Assembly: GCA_965637545.1 (NCBI GenBank)
Contig: OZ281497.1
Coordinates: 8,866,001-8,930,000 of the forward strand
Length of the DNA: 64,000 nt
Direction of reading: 5' to 3'
From: Phallusia mammillata
Taxonomy: Eukaryota
A model generated the notes under the pieces. It saw only the letters and a program-made list of their open reading frames with translations, was not told the origin of the DNA and did no database searches. The first letter of the stretch is position 1; each line of letters starts with the position of its first letter. Positions 48,690-62,549 of the stretch are shown here, piece after piece. Both the position numbers and the translations under genes were made by a program.

Positions 48690-51600
48690 ATGTCGCAGGC
48701 GGAGGGAGCTATTCCATTGCTTCCTACCCATCCAACTGAAAGCCCACCGAACTATTACAGCACCGAAAGACCGCATGAGCGCCGGGATGGTGTAACACTT
48801 ATGACTCCTAGCCCTTTGCCCCGGGAGGATCCCTTTCCAGAACGGGGTCGGGCAAGGACAGTATCATCTATTGCCCCGATGCCCACCTCATGTTACACTA
48901 TCAACATGTTCTTATTTTTTCTTACCTGTTTTCAACTGATGAACTTGCTTACCTTGACGTACACTGACAGCGTGCTGAATTACATCTCGAAACGTTTTCG
49001 GATACCGAACACAATGGCTTCGTTCATACCAAGCAGTTACCAGATCGGCAACATGGTAGTCATTATACCTGTTTCGTTTTTCGGTAGTCAGTTCAACCGG
49101 CCTCGAATTATTGCTGTTGGTGTTTTCCTAATGATTATCGGGCTAGGATGCTGCGTCTTGCCTCATTTTATATTACCAGCACCGCACATTACCAATTCAA
49201 GTAGTACAGATGTTTGTTTGCCAGTTTTTCGATACGGATTAAATCAAACTCTCAAGAAATCAGGTTCCCTTTCGGTACCCGTAAGCGGTTTTCAAACTGA
49301 CGTCATGGCATCGTCAACTAGCCTTCCCTGCAACGCTAACGGCACAACATACAACCCAGCAATTATGCTTATTATTGGTAAGTCTGTGTGATATTACAGT
49401 TTGTTTAAAGTTTGAGTAATGAAACTTTCAGCTGACTACGAAACACATATTAAAGTTTTTTTTGAATGACAAAAACAGATCGACATTGTGGTCGCTGCAT
49501 TTGTGAAAAAAATTGTTTGCGTTGTGTTTAAAGAAACACAAAATCATTTGATAGCAAAGTTGTGAAGAGTTTTTTAAATTTGGATAAGATTAAGACACAA
49601 GTATAGCATATTTTGTTTTCTAGGTCATGTGCTCATCGGATGTGGAGCTGCTCCACTTTGGCCACTAGGTGTCTCTTACATAGATGATCACGTGGTCATT
49701 CGAAAGATTCCAGTGTACTTAGGTAAATCAGCTGTTATACACACTTTCCTGATTTAAGTACTTGACTTTGGCAAACGTTGTTTACACATATGTGAGTAAC
49801 TTACTTCGTGTGCTCAAGAACTTCCCTTTGAAATGTTTGTTTATGCTATAAATTATATGTACGCCAAAACGACATAATGTTCAAGTTTACTTTGTCCGTT
49901 GCTGAAATTGCAGTTCTCTGCAGTAAAAGTGTATACGACGTAGTCCTTTGTCAAACTTTTCTATGGGTTTGAAAACTGCACAATTTATCTCAGATGTAAT
50001 TTTAAAACGTTATAATTTTAGGGATTTTCATTGGTACTACACTGACTGGACCTGTTTTCGGATTTCTTACCGGGAGTGTCACTTCTTCTATCTACGTGAC
50101 GTTGAACAATCCCCACCATGTTCAACCAAGTAACCCTGCATGGATTGGAGCATGGTGGTTAGGTAAACGCTTTTAAAGCTTGTAGTTTACTTTACTGTTG
50201 TAGTGACATATGTGACTTATCGGTTTGCCATTCGACAACAAAGCCGTGATGATGTAAACCTAATTTCTGTCGGGCGTTTGATTTGAAATGTCAACAAAGT
50301 CAGAGCAGTTCAATTGCTAGAACCAGTATTCAAAAAATAACTTTAGTTTACAATGTGTGCAATTTTTTACACAACTTAAAATATTTCTCAAGATAATTTC
50401 AATACGATTCTTTCACAAGTATATCATGTACATAATTGAAAGTCGATACCCATGTAGTTTTAAATCGACAGTGGCTAACTAAAGTGTTTGACTTGATCAT
50501 CATCATCACAATACGCCACTTAGTTGTGAGAAAAACATCTGCCTTCCGTCTGCTTTTCCACTGATCCAACGACAGAGAAATGAGCTTTTTACTGTGTCGT
50601 CATTGGCGTCTTTCCTGTCGCATGGCGTGATTGTCGCCCTACGAAACTAAACTTTAACGCAAAAGAAAACAAATCGTTATTGACTCATTTGCTCCTCAAG
50701 TTAGTGGAAAAGCGGCATTGTGATGATATGCTCTTTATTTATAATCGTGCCGTATGCTCCTGGACTGTTCGGCTATTGGCTTAATTATTTTTGTGTTGAA
50801 TTTAATCTAAACACCAGCCGTTTCTCTTCCAATTAAACATTATGTACTTACATCTTTACCTTTTCACACTAACAACCGGCAGCGTGTTTGCTCCATCAAA
50901 TGATGCGTTATTTTTAGCAATAATTAGTACCATTTTATTAGTAGTTTAACCAAATTTAAAAATGTGTAAAGGCAACCAAAGATTCTATTTAAATAGGATA
51001 CTGACGATGCTGTAATAGCGAAATATATATATCTTTAAAACCAAAGGGTAAACGACTAAGTGTTTTTCTGAACTTACATCTATTGCTATAAGGCTTTTTA
51101 GTCTTCATCCACCAAGCAACGGACTGGGTGATTCCAGCTTTAAGTTTCAATTACGAGTAAGGCAACCAAATTATTGATTCTCTATTTAGTTTCTCAATGG
51201 TGACATAAGTCAAATAGAATTAAGGACCTTTTACATTTCTTTTACAGGTTATTTGGTAGCTGGCCTTATTCTTATTCTGTTCTTGTTCCCCTTTGCATTT
51301 TACCCGGCTTCTTTACCAGTGTCCGGACAGAAATTGGCTGAACTCGCAGAAATTGAAGTTTTAATTGAAAGAAGAATCATGGTGAGTCAGTGGGGTGGGT
51401 AAATCAATCTTAGAATATAAGCAAAAAGCTGCGTGCTTGTGGTAGCATATTTTGTTACTATAGGCATAACCGATGTGCATTGGTTCTTGACAAGTTTTCG
51501 CAAGGCTTTTGCTTTTGATACAGGTTTCAAAATTATTGCAAAAAAAGCGTATAACCTACCTTAAAATGACAAGATAAACATAAAGTGGCAACTGGAATTT

Positions 51601-54600
51601 GATTTGAAGCGTTTATAGATACAACAATCACGACACACTCAAATATGTGAACATACTTGATTGGGTATCCCGATTTCGATAGGCCTGAGGTGGCGAAGTA
51701 ATGTCGCATCATGATAATGCGCGTGAAAGCAGTACCAAGAAGGTGGTATGTCATTAAATTGCCTGGAATGGGGTTGACCGCAGTGTAGTTACCACAAACG
51801 TATCAGGGCATAACAAGTACCCGCATTTAAACGCTCAAACACAACACAGCGCAAAAAAAACTTGAAAAGTTGTAGACAAAATATTTCAGGAAACTTTATT
51901 GTAAACGACAAATTTCAAACCCAAAGTAACACATTCTGTTGCTTTCATTAACCATGTTCAGTTTGGTTTACTGTGGAGCAAACCCTTCAATAAAATGTAA
52001 ATAAAATACTGAACAAATTAGTTTCGATGTTAAACTAAATAGTAACCTAGTTCAAGCAAATCCTGAACTGTATTAGGTTGCTTTGAAAGAAAAATCTCTT
52101 CAAGCGGCTCAGAGCATTTGTTTACCACGCGTGATAGATCGGTTTTGTCGTGATCCACTACTCGCTAAAAACCCCAGTCGATATGTTATGATCGTACGTG
52201 ACTTCAGAAGCCTATGTGTATTGCACCACACCTCTTGCTGTCCGTGGGGTGATCACTCAATCGCCCAATCATGTGCACCGGGTCACGTGTGCATTATGCA
52301 GAGGTTACTTTGGTTCAAACAATTGCTGCAACTGTTTAACTAAGTACTGATACACTTTCAACTACGTTTTTTCCATTTTACGACTTGTTAACTAAGTATA
52401 GTGATTATTCCAGCAATAGTGCACAAATTCTGCATTTAACATCTACGGCTTTGCAAAGGAATTTTTTCTCACAAGAGTAGATATATGTTAATATTGACAA
52501 TCATTTATTTCAACATGTTAAGTTAAGACAATCACAAGAATCATAATCAGGTAATTATCTCTTTCGAGGCAGAAACATTGCCTCGTTATCATCGAATTTG
52601 AATTTAAAGTTCTTTGTTGAATACAAATTGGCTTAAATGCCCCGTTTTTAAATGTGTATTAAACTTTCAGTCGAGATCTCAATCAATGGTCGAAGCCAGT
52701 GCAGCCCTCGAAGTCGAAAGTTGTATGTCTCAATCGGAAACTAGCAGTGTTACTGGGTGTGTGGGATCAAGAAGGTTACAGGAATGCGACGATTCAGCTC
52801 CTGTACAAGTCCTTTCGCAACTTGCAGGTTTAGAAATGGTCCTTTATAGTTTTTTCCTTCAATGCCCATTTTATAAAAGAAATCAAAGTTGACGTTTTTT
52901 GAGCTCCTGGAAAGCACGTGATTGATTGGTAGAAGCGCTTTGTTTGTAACATTGAGACTGCTTAGAAGACGTTTCTTAGTTTCTTGTCATGTGAAAGTGA
53001 AATCGTAATGGCCACCAAACCCAACATGCCTAGGTTCAACTTCTACTGGAAATTCATAAAACCTGTAAACAGAAAACCTTAAATTCCTTTACAAAATTTC
53101 TACTTAAGTTAAGTTAAACAAGCATTAGAAAAAAGTACATCGCGTTGACAGATTAAGGACGTTATGCTTAGCACAGCAATTGTGTGTAAAGACAACCAAG
53201 TACATATTTCAAGATATAAACAAGGTTTGGCATTATATGCAAATTTTCTCTGCGCAGAAATGACGTGTGCGGTAAAAAGAACTCTCGCTACGCCTTTAGT
53301 GGTGACAGCAATTGTGGCATACGTGGCTATGGCAAATCTGGTATCTGGTGTTTCCACATTCGGGTCAACTTACTTGCAACGAACCTTCAATGTGATGAGA
53401 AGCACTTCCGACATGTTGATAGGTGGGAGAATAACGTAATGTGTGTGGTGTGCATAAGGTTAATTTATAACAAAGGAAAGTTTTATTTCCCTTAATATAT
53501 AGTTATCGATTTTCAGCCGTGTTGACTTACAATCCAATGTGCAAAATACGACAACAATTTATTGGAAGGATTCCATATACACGGAAAACATGTAAATTGC
53601 ATTTTAAATCCCAAATGACACTTAACTTACTTGCATGTAAAAAAATAGTGCCATCAGTGGCTGAAGAATTTATACAGTCGACGGTGTCTGCGTTCGTTCA
53701 ACCCTTAACGCGTTTCCGTTTTTATCATGTCAATTGGCACATTCACAGGTTACTTAAGACTAGGCGTACCAGTCGCTAATCAGGTAAACATGATGATGTA
53801 TATAGGTGCAGCGCTTTAACTTTGATCCTTTCTGCTTTGTAAATTTATTTCAAGGTCTACCAGCTACTTCTGACCTGGAGTGCGATTTGTTGCGAATATT
53901 CTGACATGATCTTTTTTAACTCTTGTTGGTAGGTGGCGTCTGTATACCTCTCGGTATTCTTGGCACATTCTGTGGTGGGTATCTCATGAAACGCTACAAT
54001 TTCGATATTCGACAGACGTTGATCTACACTGTGGTTATGTCTGGCATTGGATGCGGATTTTTCGTCTTTCTTTTTGCATTTGGATGCGAGAACCAAAAGA
54101 TCGCTGGCATCACTGCTCCCTACAGGTAAACTTTTTTTTTTGAAGTTTTGCTATAAGTTATATTTGATTAACGACCATAGCAAATGGCTGGAGGCCATAT
54201 TACAGTCCTCTAGTTCTAGCGATGAACTTCTATACCTTAACTTTCTTTAACTTTTTTGTATTTTACTTACATGCAACTATTCCGACTGTACTTGTAACGC
54301 TGTGGTACTGTCGTGTCTTATTCTATGTGGAATTATACCAGCTCCTCGAAAATAATAACAGCGACTTGACTGGAACGTCCAGTATTTATTATCTTTATTT
54401 ATTTGTTTGAATAAAACTCTGTAACTGTAAAGCTTTGTGGCCAATTGTGCTCTTAATTGCACGATAGCGATTCCAGCAGAGGATTGACACCGCTATGCCA
54501 GAGGGCCTGCGATTTTTAGTACTTATGTATAGTTCCACAGTACTTCAGGTATAATTCCAGGAGCTAGCACACGTTCAAACAATTTAGTAAAAAATGTTTA

Positions 54601-56118
54601 TGGTAATCCAGAACATACTGAAAAGACGATTTTTCTTACTATATAAGTTCAGTGTGCAAATCCTGTTTTTAACTTCAATAAAATAATACTCTTTATATTT
54701 TCTTTTCTTGCAGTATTGACAACAGTACCACATTAAACAGTACTTGCAACGTGGATTGTCACTGTCGAAAGGGTCAGTTCCTTATGGTTTGCGGCTCAGA
54801 TCGGACCAACTACATTTCACCGTGTTATGCCGGTTGCACAACAGCAGTTCACATACAACAAGAAAATCCGTTTAAAAAAATAACGGTACGTGCATTGTGA
54901 TATACCGCGCAGATTATGACGTTTAGTTTGATGGACTTATTATTATGGTTCAATTGAGTCACTCAAACACAGTTGACCCCTTATAAGAATTGTATTTAAA
55001 CACATTGTATGACTATTTATATTTTTTGCAAAAAGTGATAACAAAGTATGGGGCAAAACATAATTTCTCATTCGATTTGCAGTATATGAACTTAACACAC
55101 TTTCTTTATGCAAAAAAGCCTTGAATGCTGATATTAGGCGTAAAGACAAAATATCTATAATCAACAAGGACTCATATTTATCAAAGACTTAAATTTTTCA
55201 ACATTTTAATTTTGATGCGATGCAAAAAAAATTGATTTTTTTTTCCTAATTTTGCCTTTTAGGAATACAGGAATTGTTCATGTATCGCTGATAATCATCA
55301 CAAGGCGGTCAATGGAGCGTGCCAATCGTCGCACTGCACAGGAATGCTTGCCGCTTTCATGACTATGGCTGGCCTAGGTGTGATGGCTGTGACATTTTGC
55401 CAGGCGCCTGTGTATGTTGTCCTCCTGCGTGTTCTCGATTCCAGAGATAAAGCGTTGGGTATTGGCCTGATGGCTTTTTTATCTAGAGTTTTAGGTGGGT
55501 GAGATTTTTTGTCGAACAAGTTTTAATGTTAGTAATTTGAGGGCCATTTTGAAATAAAACATTGTCAAACCGGACTTCTTGTAAGGACCCAAATGTAACA
55601 GTAATTTTAGTGTAAAGTCAAAACTGCTAGTTGTAATTTAACATTTTATTTCCTATCCCCGCTCTTGTAATATTTCGGTGACATTTTCGTCGTGCTTATT
55701 CCAAAACATCTGGAACCAATATAAAGTGATTGAAATAAAAATAACACTTTGAGTCCCTTCGATTCTCAAAAAATGTCAAGTAGATCCACTAATTTTCCTT
55801 TTTATGTGTTTTTTGGCTTTTACAGGCTATATACCTGGACCTATATGGTTCGGTCTTATCCTCGATAAGAGCTGCATATACTGGAGCAGTAAGTGTTTGG
55901 GCAAATCTTCGTGCCTTTTGTACAACAACCGAGGTCTTCGCTTCAGTTACGTGGGTTTGTGCGTGTCCTGTGCCGTTGCCTACGTTCTTGTATTTGTGGT
56001 GTCGTTTGTATGGATGGAGTATCACAAAGAGAAGTACGAAAAAACGCTTCCCGTGCCCAGACAAGATGGACAGGAGGAGGATGAAACTACAGACGAATCG
56101 AGAGAATGGTGGAGATAG
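48690..56118 (+). CDS. SLCO: Solute carrier organic anion transporter (OATP/SLCO family), 757 aa, 10 exons; subfamily not assignable
   Basis: Exons 48690-49377, 49624-49722, 50022-50162, 51248-51381, 52671-52827, 53258-53422, 53933-54125, 54714-54885, 55263-55494, 55826-56118 (2274 nt). Motifs IEKRF-like ISKRF, SFIPSSYQIG, LGVSYIDD, WIGAWWLGYL signature, Kazal-like CNVDCHC...VCGSD...YISPCYAGC and PGPIWFGLILDKSCIYW. Confidence 0.94.
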
Positions 56119-57402
56119 CCCAGATGGTCGCAAAGTTTTACTAATGGTGTAGCTCATGGTTCCCAACCTTTATCGACGAGAAGAATTCAAAACATTTTCA
56201 TTCCTTCCTATAATAGACTAGGCCTACATAGTAGATGATAACCCATACAAAGATCATTTAAAATTAAGTCTTTTATGTTCAACTTGTACAGCAGGTGTTT
56301 TACTATAGTTTAGCCGCTCACCTAACTTGGAGACCATTCCAGCTTGAAAAACCCTGGTGCTGTCTATATTAGACAGTGTATGTTCTTGTTCTTGTGTTTG
56401 TTTGGAAAAAGAACTGGTTGAAATTAATGAAGTGTATTTTTTGCCCAAATGTGTGTATGCTGGGGTCACAGATCCTATTGAGGACATGAGTTCCTTAATT
56501 GGCACTTTAACCGTTTTGGAATTGCGTTTTTAAATGTGTCGTTAACTGTGATAAATCTATTATAACTTATACGAACTGTCCCAACAGTTTTAATGAGCGT
56601 GATCGGCCAGTCTTTTATACTGGAGTCTTGTAGAGTAGACGAATTAGATATTTCTGCTTGAGAACCTCCTAAACTTGGGCCATGGCTTGACTTGAAATGG
56701 TTGTGATGAATCGAGAACTATTCGTCTTGCGTTCTAAATCTATGCATACATATTGCTGTAGCATTTGTTTGCACGGCCACGACACCTTACCGCCAAAGTT
56801 TTTGTTCTATACTGGAGTTCTCTATCGGTATAACAGAATACGATTGGTACGTTTTTGAGAAATTTCCCTTTGTATATTTTGGTTCTTTGTGCATTAGAAC
56901 TCGCCTTGCCAATCATATGTGCCGTTTTTGTCGTTACTAACCGTTTTTGTTTCTTTAAATTTCTAATTTTGGATCCACAATTTTAGTGCTATTGTTAAAC
57001 GTGTAACATTTAATGAGATTTTAAATTGCTTGGAGTTTTGTTTTGTATTTATGCTATGAATAAAGTTTAGCAGATTTTTGTCGCTGTCTCTTTTGTCTCT
57101 TTAAACATGACTGTTAAATGTAATTTAAATTTTTTTAGGATTTAAATACTAGTACAATTTACCCAAAATTTTTGCCTTCTGAAACAATTTGTCTAGCTTC
57201 AGCGAGCTGCCAAAAACTTTACACAATTAGCAACTCATTGCAGCAAATTTAACGTTCATTGTTTCGGGACAAAGCCTTTGTTACGTTGTATGTTGCATCA
57301 TAATAAATCTTTTTAAGTCTGTATGCCTTAAAACTGTTAAGACTAACTTGTATTTAAGTTCACTTCAAAGCTAAACAAGTACTAATGCTGCACTAGTGAT
57401 GC

Positions 57403-58006
57403 ATGGCGTTCAGATTGAAAACCAAGGCAAAGACCTATGTAAGTCGCCAACCTTCTTCAGGATGGGGCCCAATGTACCAAAGTCCTCATTACTGCCCTAC
57501 AGAACTGTTTTATGTGGCTCATTTGAGAGATAAACAAGCGCTACACAATGTGCTGCTGGCCTCATTAAGACAAAAAATTAACGATTTCCAACAAGGTTTG
57601 GCTCTAGCGGACAAAGTCAAAGAACAAAGTAAGTTAAATTGTCTATCTATGTGACAATTGTAAGATATGTGAAAAAAATTTAAAAACATAAAAAAATACA
57701 GTTTATGAGCGTTGTCTGCTAAAAAAGTATCAGAACCATGTCCAATGCTTTGTAATTAAAACAAAAAAAAACAAGCATTTTATTCAAGGCCCAAGAATAG
57801 ATGAAATTCCGTCTCGACCGTTTCAAACAAGGCGTGCCGAAAATCCCGTGCGATCTGTAGGTGACGGTGGTGATGTCACGGCCAATGAGACGTCGAACGT
57901 CACCGAAGGCAAATGTCCAAGTGGAAAACTGGAATACTTAGGACAACGTAGAAAGAAAAATCTGGCCGCTGTGCCTGAATTTCGAGCTGGTTTAAACAAC
58001 GTTTAG
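57403..58006 (+). CDS. Unidentified 147-aa protein, 2 exons
   Basis: Exons 57403-57628 (A|GTAAGT) and 57789-58006 join in phase 1 into an open frame ending in TAG. No recognisable domain. Confidence 0.6.
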
Positions 58007-58724
58007 TTGATGATGCGAAACTAGTTGCATATTAAAGCTAAATCGTGGCACGAACAATTTGCCGACTTGGTTTTGTTGTTTGTTTCGAGTGTGGTCTAAA
58101 TTTAAACAAACGGTGAGCAAAATGTCATTTACAAAATTGCAATTAGTGCCATTAAATTTAAATTGAGTAAATTCTAAATAATTGCACAAAATTGTTTTTA
58201 CACATGTTTTTTATTGTATACTATATAATATTTATTTGCGCATCAAGATTCGGTTCAATATTGAACATAAGCAATCTTTTACGCCTGTCACAAGCAACTG
58301 GTACTTAGTATTTATCGGTGTCTTGTTTTTGAGAAAGGATTCAGTTTTGATGCAGAGTTATGTACGCACAACGTGCGTCGCACATATGATAAATGATTAA
58401 CATGAAACAAAAAATGAACACCCTTGAAGGGTGGAGGTTATTGCGCTGTAATAGCCAGTTTTTGCCAAATGGTCAGTAATTTTTGACATTGGCTTCACCT
58501 TGTTGTATTTGAAAACAAGTTGTATTTGAAATAAAATATACCCTGCACACAATTTTCACAGAACAATGTGCATTTAGAAATAAAGGGTAATACAATTAAA
58601 AAGCGGCTTGTGGTGAAAAACAGGTAACGAAAAGTTACCGAATTGTTAGTTGACGATATAATTGAATCTAGCAAATAAGGGAGATATTTGTAACGAAATT
58701 AAACAATGTATACGTTATTCAAAG

Positions 58725-59123
58725 CCGAGTTGCAAGCGGGTCCGTAATCTGAGCCCGAACCCGGCCGGAACCCGAAAGTATAAGCCCGAAGCCCGGCCCA
58801 AACCCTGAACGTTTTTGCTAAGCCCGTTTAGGCCCGAAATTTTGATTGACAGGTCTATCCACGAAAGCCTTGCAACAAAGGATGAGAATAAGAAAGACAA
58901 CAAACATAATGAACATTAGTAGACAATGGGGTAAACAATACGTTTTAGAGGAGGGTGGGCATTAGGTCAAAGCCAGAGTTACTTAGCTAAGTGATTTTAT
59001 GTAAAAAAAAGGTGGACACGGAACGTAAAGTCAGGCCCGTTTTAAGCCCGTTTTCTTACAAATAACTAAGCCCAAACCCGACCCGAATCCGGTCCGAAAA
59101 GCCCGGCCCGACTTGCAACTCTG
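58725..59123. mobile_element. hAT MITE (399 bp) with GCCCG subterminal repeats, upstream of the CUB gene
   Basis: Termini CCGAGTTGCAAG / CTTGCAACTCTG; perfect TSD ATTCAAAG (58717-58724, 59124-59131). Confidence 0.9.
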
Positions 59124-59328
59124 ATTCAAAGCATTATTCACCGATCAGTTTCGCAAAAGTTACAAAACAAAATACAGTAACTCACTTCCTTACAATTAGG
59201 AGGAATAGATTGTCACTGATTAAAGATTTAGCTGTTGGCAGAAGTTTAGATGTATAACTTAAACTGTAGTGAAGAGTTACGTACTTTGTCAGCTGTTGTA
59301 ACCTATTCTCTGGGACTTACAGAAACCT

Positions 59329-61649
59329 ATGGAAATTTTTGTGGTTGGATCTATGGTAACATTTGTGTTAACAAGTTCATCGTGCTCAGGTATGAAAGGT
59401 TATTGTGTTGCTGATGTTGCTGTGGGTGTATAAAAGTTTTTTGCACCAAATGGGAGTACATATGTCAGCCAACATTTCAAGAACACATAATTTGATATTT
59501 AGATTTTCATCACATTGAAGTATTTTGCAGAGATTTTTTGAAACTTTAATTACATCTGTGTTGATTTGTTGTACCACATTAAATGACGCACATAATAGAC
59601 ATATCATTTACCCCAATCAGCAGATCAAAAATAGCGGTTTATACAAAAAATTTTGGTCCTTTGGCAGAACTTATTTGGACACCACAATTGGGCCTCAAAT
59701 CGATTTTTAAGTTACAATATCTTTAAATTTTTCCCCAAACCCAATAACAACTTTTCCGCAGCAGGTATAGTTGGTAGATTGAAAATGCAAATATTTTCTT
59801 TGTTGTAAAATACTTCTGCAATCTGAACCAAAGAGCAGATAAACACCAAATCAACCTAAAATATGATTACGTGCATGCGTAGATTTATGTATTTAGAAAC
59901 AAACATTACAAAACACAATACAAAAAAATGTGTTTACATTTTTATGTACATTAAGCATTTGTATATATAATAGCTTAGAACTAATGATATTCGCAGGACA
60001 ATACAGCATATGCAACCAGCCATTGCTCACTCAAGCATCGGGAAACATCTCATCACCCGATTATCCGTTGAATTACGATGTCCAGATTAATTGCAACACA
60101 ACGATTATAGGAGCTGTTGATAAAGTATTACAAATTGTCTTTGTAAAGAATAAACACTGTATCCAAACTAATTTTGGTTTTGTTTAAAGGTTATTAAAAT
60201 CAGTTTTCTGGATTTTGACATCGAATCTCATGCCAATTGCAGTTCCGATAATCTGCAAATTAGTGACGGAAAGGTATTTTTTGAACAAACAATTAGAATT
60301 ACGTTTTTAGTTGTAGCGACCGAGTCTTTATCAATATGTTTTAAGATCCTCCAAGTTGTGTTTTATGTTGACACGTCATATTGTTTCGTGTTTGTCATGT
60401 AGGGGATTGGTGAACGGTTTTGTGGTTCACAAATTCCGGCGGACAGCATTTCTCGCTATTCCAATGTAACAATAGTTTTCCGGACGGACTACAGTGTCAG
60501 TGGAAAAGGATTTTTCATCCAATGGAGTTCAATGGGTAAACAAAATCAATGCTGATCAAAATTTGTTTTGTTATGTGGTCTTACAATATATATTGAAATA
60601 TATGGTTTTCCTTTTTTATTTAAATCTTAAATGTTCATGATATCTTATGATACTATCTAGCCATAATAAAACTCGTTCAAAAATATGTATTGTGCTAAAT
60701 GACAACGGTAAAAATGACAACGGTAATACACAAAAAATATAAACGGGTTACAGCTTTATGCCATGAGCATTACCAATGAAGACTTCATTTTTTACAGCTT
60801 TAGTTGATCCAAGCACTCAATCTATGGTTGATGAAACCACAGCCCAAGCGAAACATGCAAGTCAATTGACAACCAATAAAGCCAACACCAGGAGGGTTAC
60901 ATACATGGAAAACGTATCTAGCATTGCAACCACAAAGCCCCAAATGACTACTTCTGCAACTCAAATGACTACAAATAATAATACTTTACTACAACAAACA
61001 ATGACTCCGAATGGTACTACTCCCATGACATCAGGTAATCAAACGAATGCTGAAACAGACAAGTCTCAAACAACTGACCGAAAAAAACAGCTTTGTTTCA
61101 AGTTTTGTTCATTTGCACTTAAATTAAAAAAAAACGAAAATAGGTTGTAACACAAAGATTGTGCGTGCTACACTTGCAGATTGGTACATCTACAGATTAG
61201 GTTGTTTGTTTAGTCGTATTTTTTGCGAAAAATGTGAAATTTAAACAAAGTTTTAAATAGCTACTAACGATTAATAATTATTGGTAATTAAAATGTTGAT
61301 TGATGTAAGCTTGAGAGAAAGTGGAGAGCTTTGAACTGACGTTTCGGAAAAAAGTAAAGGCAGTGTTTTTTAGAATCCAGTAAAAAAAACACCTCGACAG
61401 TAAAAAACGGCACTAACTGGGTTTTAATTCCAAATATTTCACTAAATAGTGGAATCTTGTTTGTGCAATAGCCTACTAACAATACTGATGTTTTTCACAT
61501 TTGACGAAAACATACGTTTTACAGGAACAACGGGTGAAACAACAACTACTGAAATCGAAGAAACAAGCTCAGGGTGTCAAATACATCAGCGTGTTCCTGA
61601 CATTGCAATGCTGATACTTTTTGGATTTTATCTTTTAATAAGTTTGTAA
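59329..61649 (+). CDS. Predicted GPI-anchored cell-surface protein: signal peptide + one CUB domain + Thr-rich mucin stalk, 255 aa, 6 exons
   Basis: Exons 59329-59389, 59997-60124, 60190-60273, 60403-60535, 60798-61034, 61525-61649 (768 nt). CUB motifs C...GNISSPDYPLNY..INC, FLDFDIESHANCSSDNL, FCG, FRTDYSVSGKGF. C-terminus TSSG + spacer + hydrophobic tail with no cytoplasmic residues. Confidence 0.85.
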
Positions 61650-62127
61650 ACTTATTTGGGTATTTCACCATAAATGTCTTGCATTATGCTTTTGTTACAC
61701 ATCTTCTGTATTAAGTTACCAAAGGTAGAGTTAAAAAAACATAGACTTTAAAAGGAGCTTTAATAAAAACAAAACGTATTTGGTTCGTAAACAATAGTTT
61801 CGACAATTGATTATTCTCTCCTCATATGTTTTATATAAGCGCTTTTTATGGTAACATCTTCAAACAACTTTCTCTCTAATCTGTGTGAATTATATACTGT
61901 GTTTGCTTACCATGTGTATATTTTAATCGTATGGCAAAAATATGGTTGTGTGTTCCCAATTTAGATAAGTTTGTCGTAATAAATTGTTCTTTAAGTAACG
62001 TATTGTCTTTTCTATAAACGATTTGCAGTAAACTATGATTTTTATCTCGATGTATAGCATTTTCCCATCGTACTCCAGGAGTTACAATAAATAAAACTAC
62101 CCAAGCTATGGCCCTCCTGCTGTACTT

Positions 62128-62228
62128 GTTAGTTTCATCACAATAATTTCCATTTCAAAAGGCGTTATTTTGTAAACATGTTAGTTTCATCACAATAATT
62201 TCCATTTCAAAATGCGCTATTTTGTAAA
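62128..62228 (+). repeat. ~52-bp tandem duplication (GTTAGTTTCATCACAATAATTTCCATTTCAAAA...TATTTTGTAAAC x2)
   Basis: Direct reading. Confidence 0.85.
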
Positions 62229-62488
62229 CGACAAATGTAAGTAGAGATTGTAACGAAATCAAACAATGTATACGCTTTTTAACCTATTAGTCACCGGTCA
62301 CTTTACCCAGATGTTAAGCTGCGTCGTCACCGAACAGCAACTCACTTCCTTCCAATTAGGAGGAATAGACTGTGACAGTTTAAAGTTTTTGTTCTTGGCA
62401 GAAGTTTAGATGTATAACTTGAATTGTAGTGAAGAGTTAAGCAACTCGTCCGCTGTTGTAACTTATTCTCTGGGACTTACAGAAAACT

Positions 62489-62549
62489 ATGGTAATTTTT
62501 GCGATTGTATCGTTGGTATCATTTGTGTTAACAAGTACATCGAGCGCAG
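62489..62549 (+). CDS. First (signal-peptide) exon of a tandem paralog of the CUB gene (MVIFAIVSLVSFVLTSTSSAG); downstream exons not identified in the window
   Basis: 62339-62549 is collinear with 59179-59389, including a TATA-like GTATAACTT, the ATG position, the 61-nt exon length and the phase-1 donor. Confidence 0.7.

Noticed and set aside
56254-56990. Minus-strand ORF fragments downstream of SLCO
   Set aside because: Short frames interrupted by stops, no motif. The region fits the SLCO 3' UTR (AATAAA near 57058).
37080-61649. Functional clustering of PIGS with the GPI-anchored CUB gene
   Set aside because: They are separated by more than 20 kb and unrelated genes. PIGS is a housekeeping gene, so coincidence is likely.
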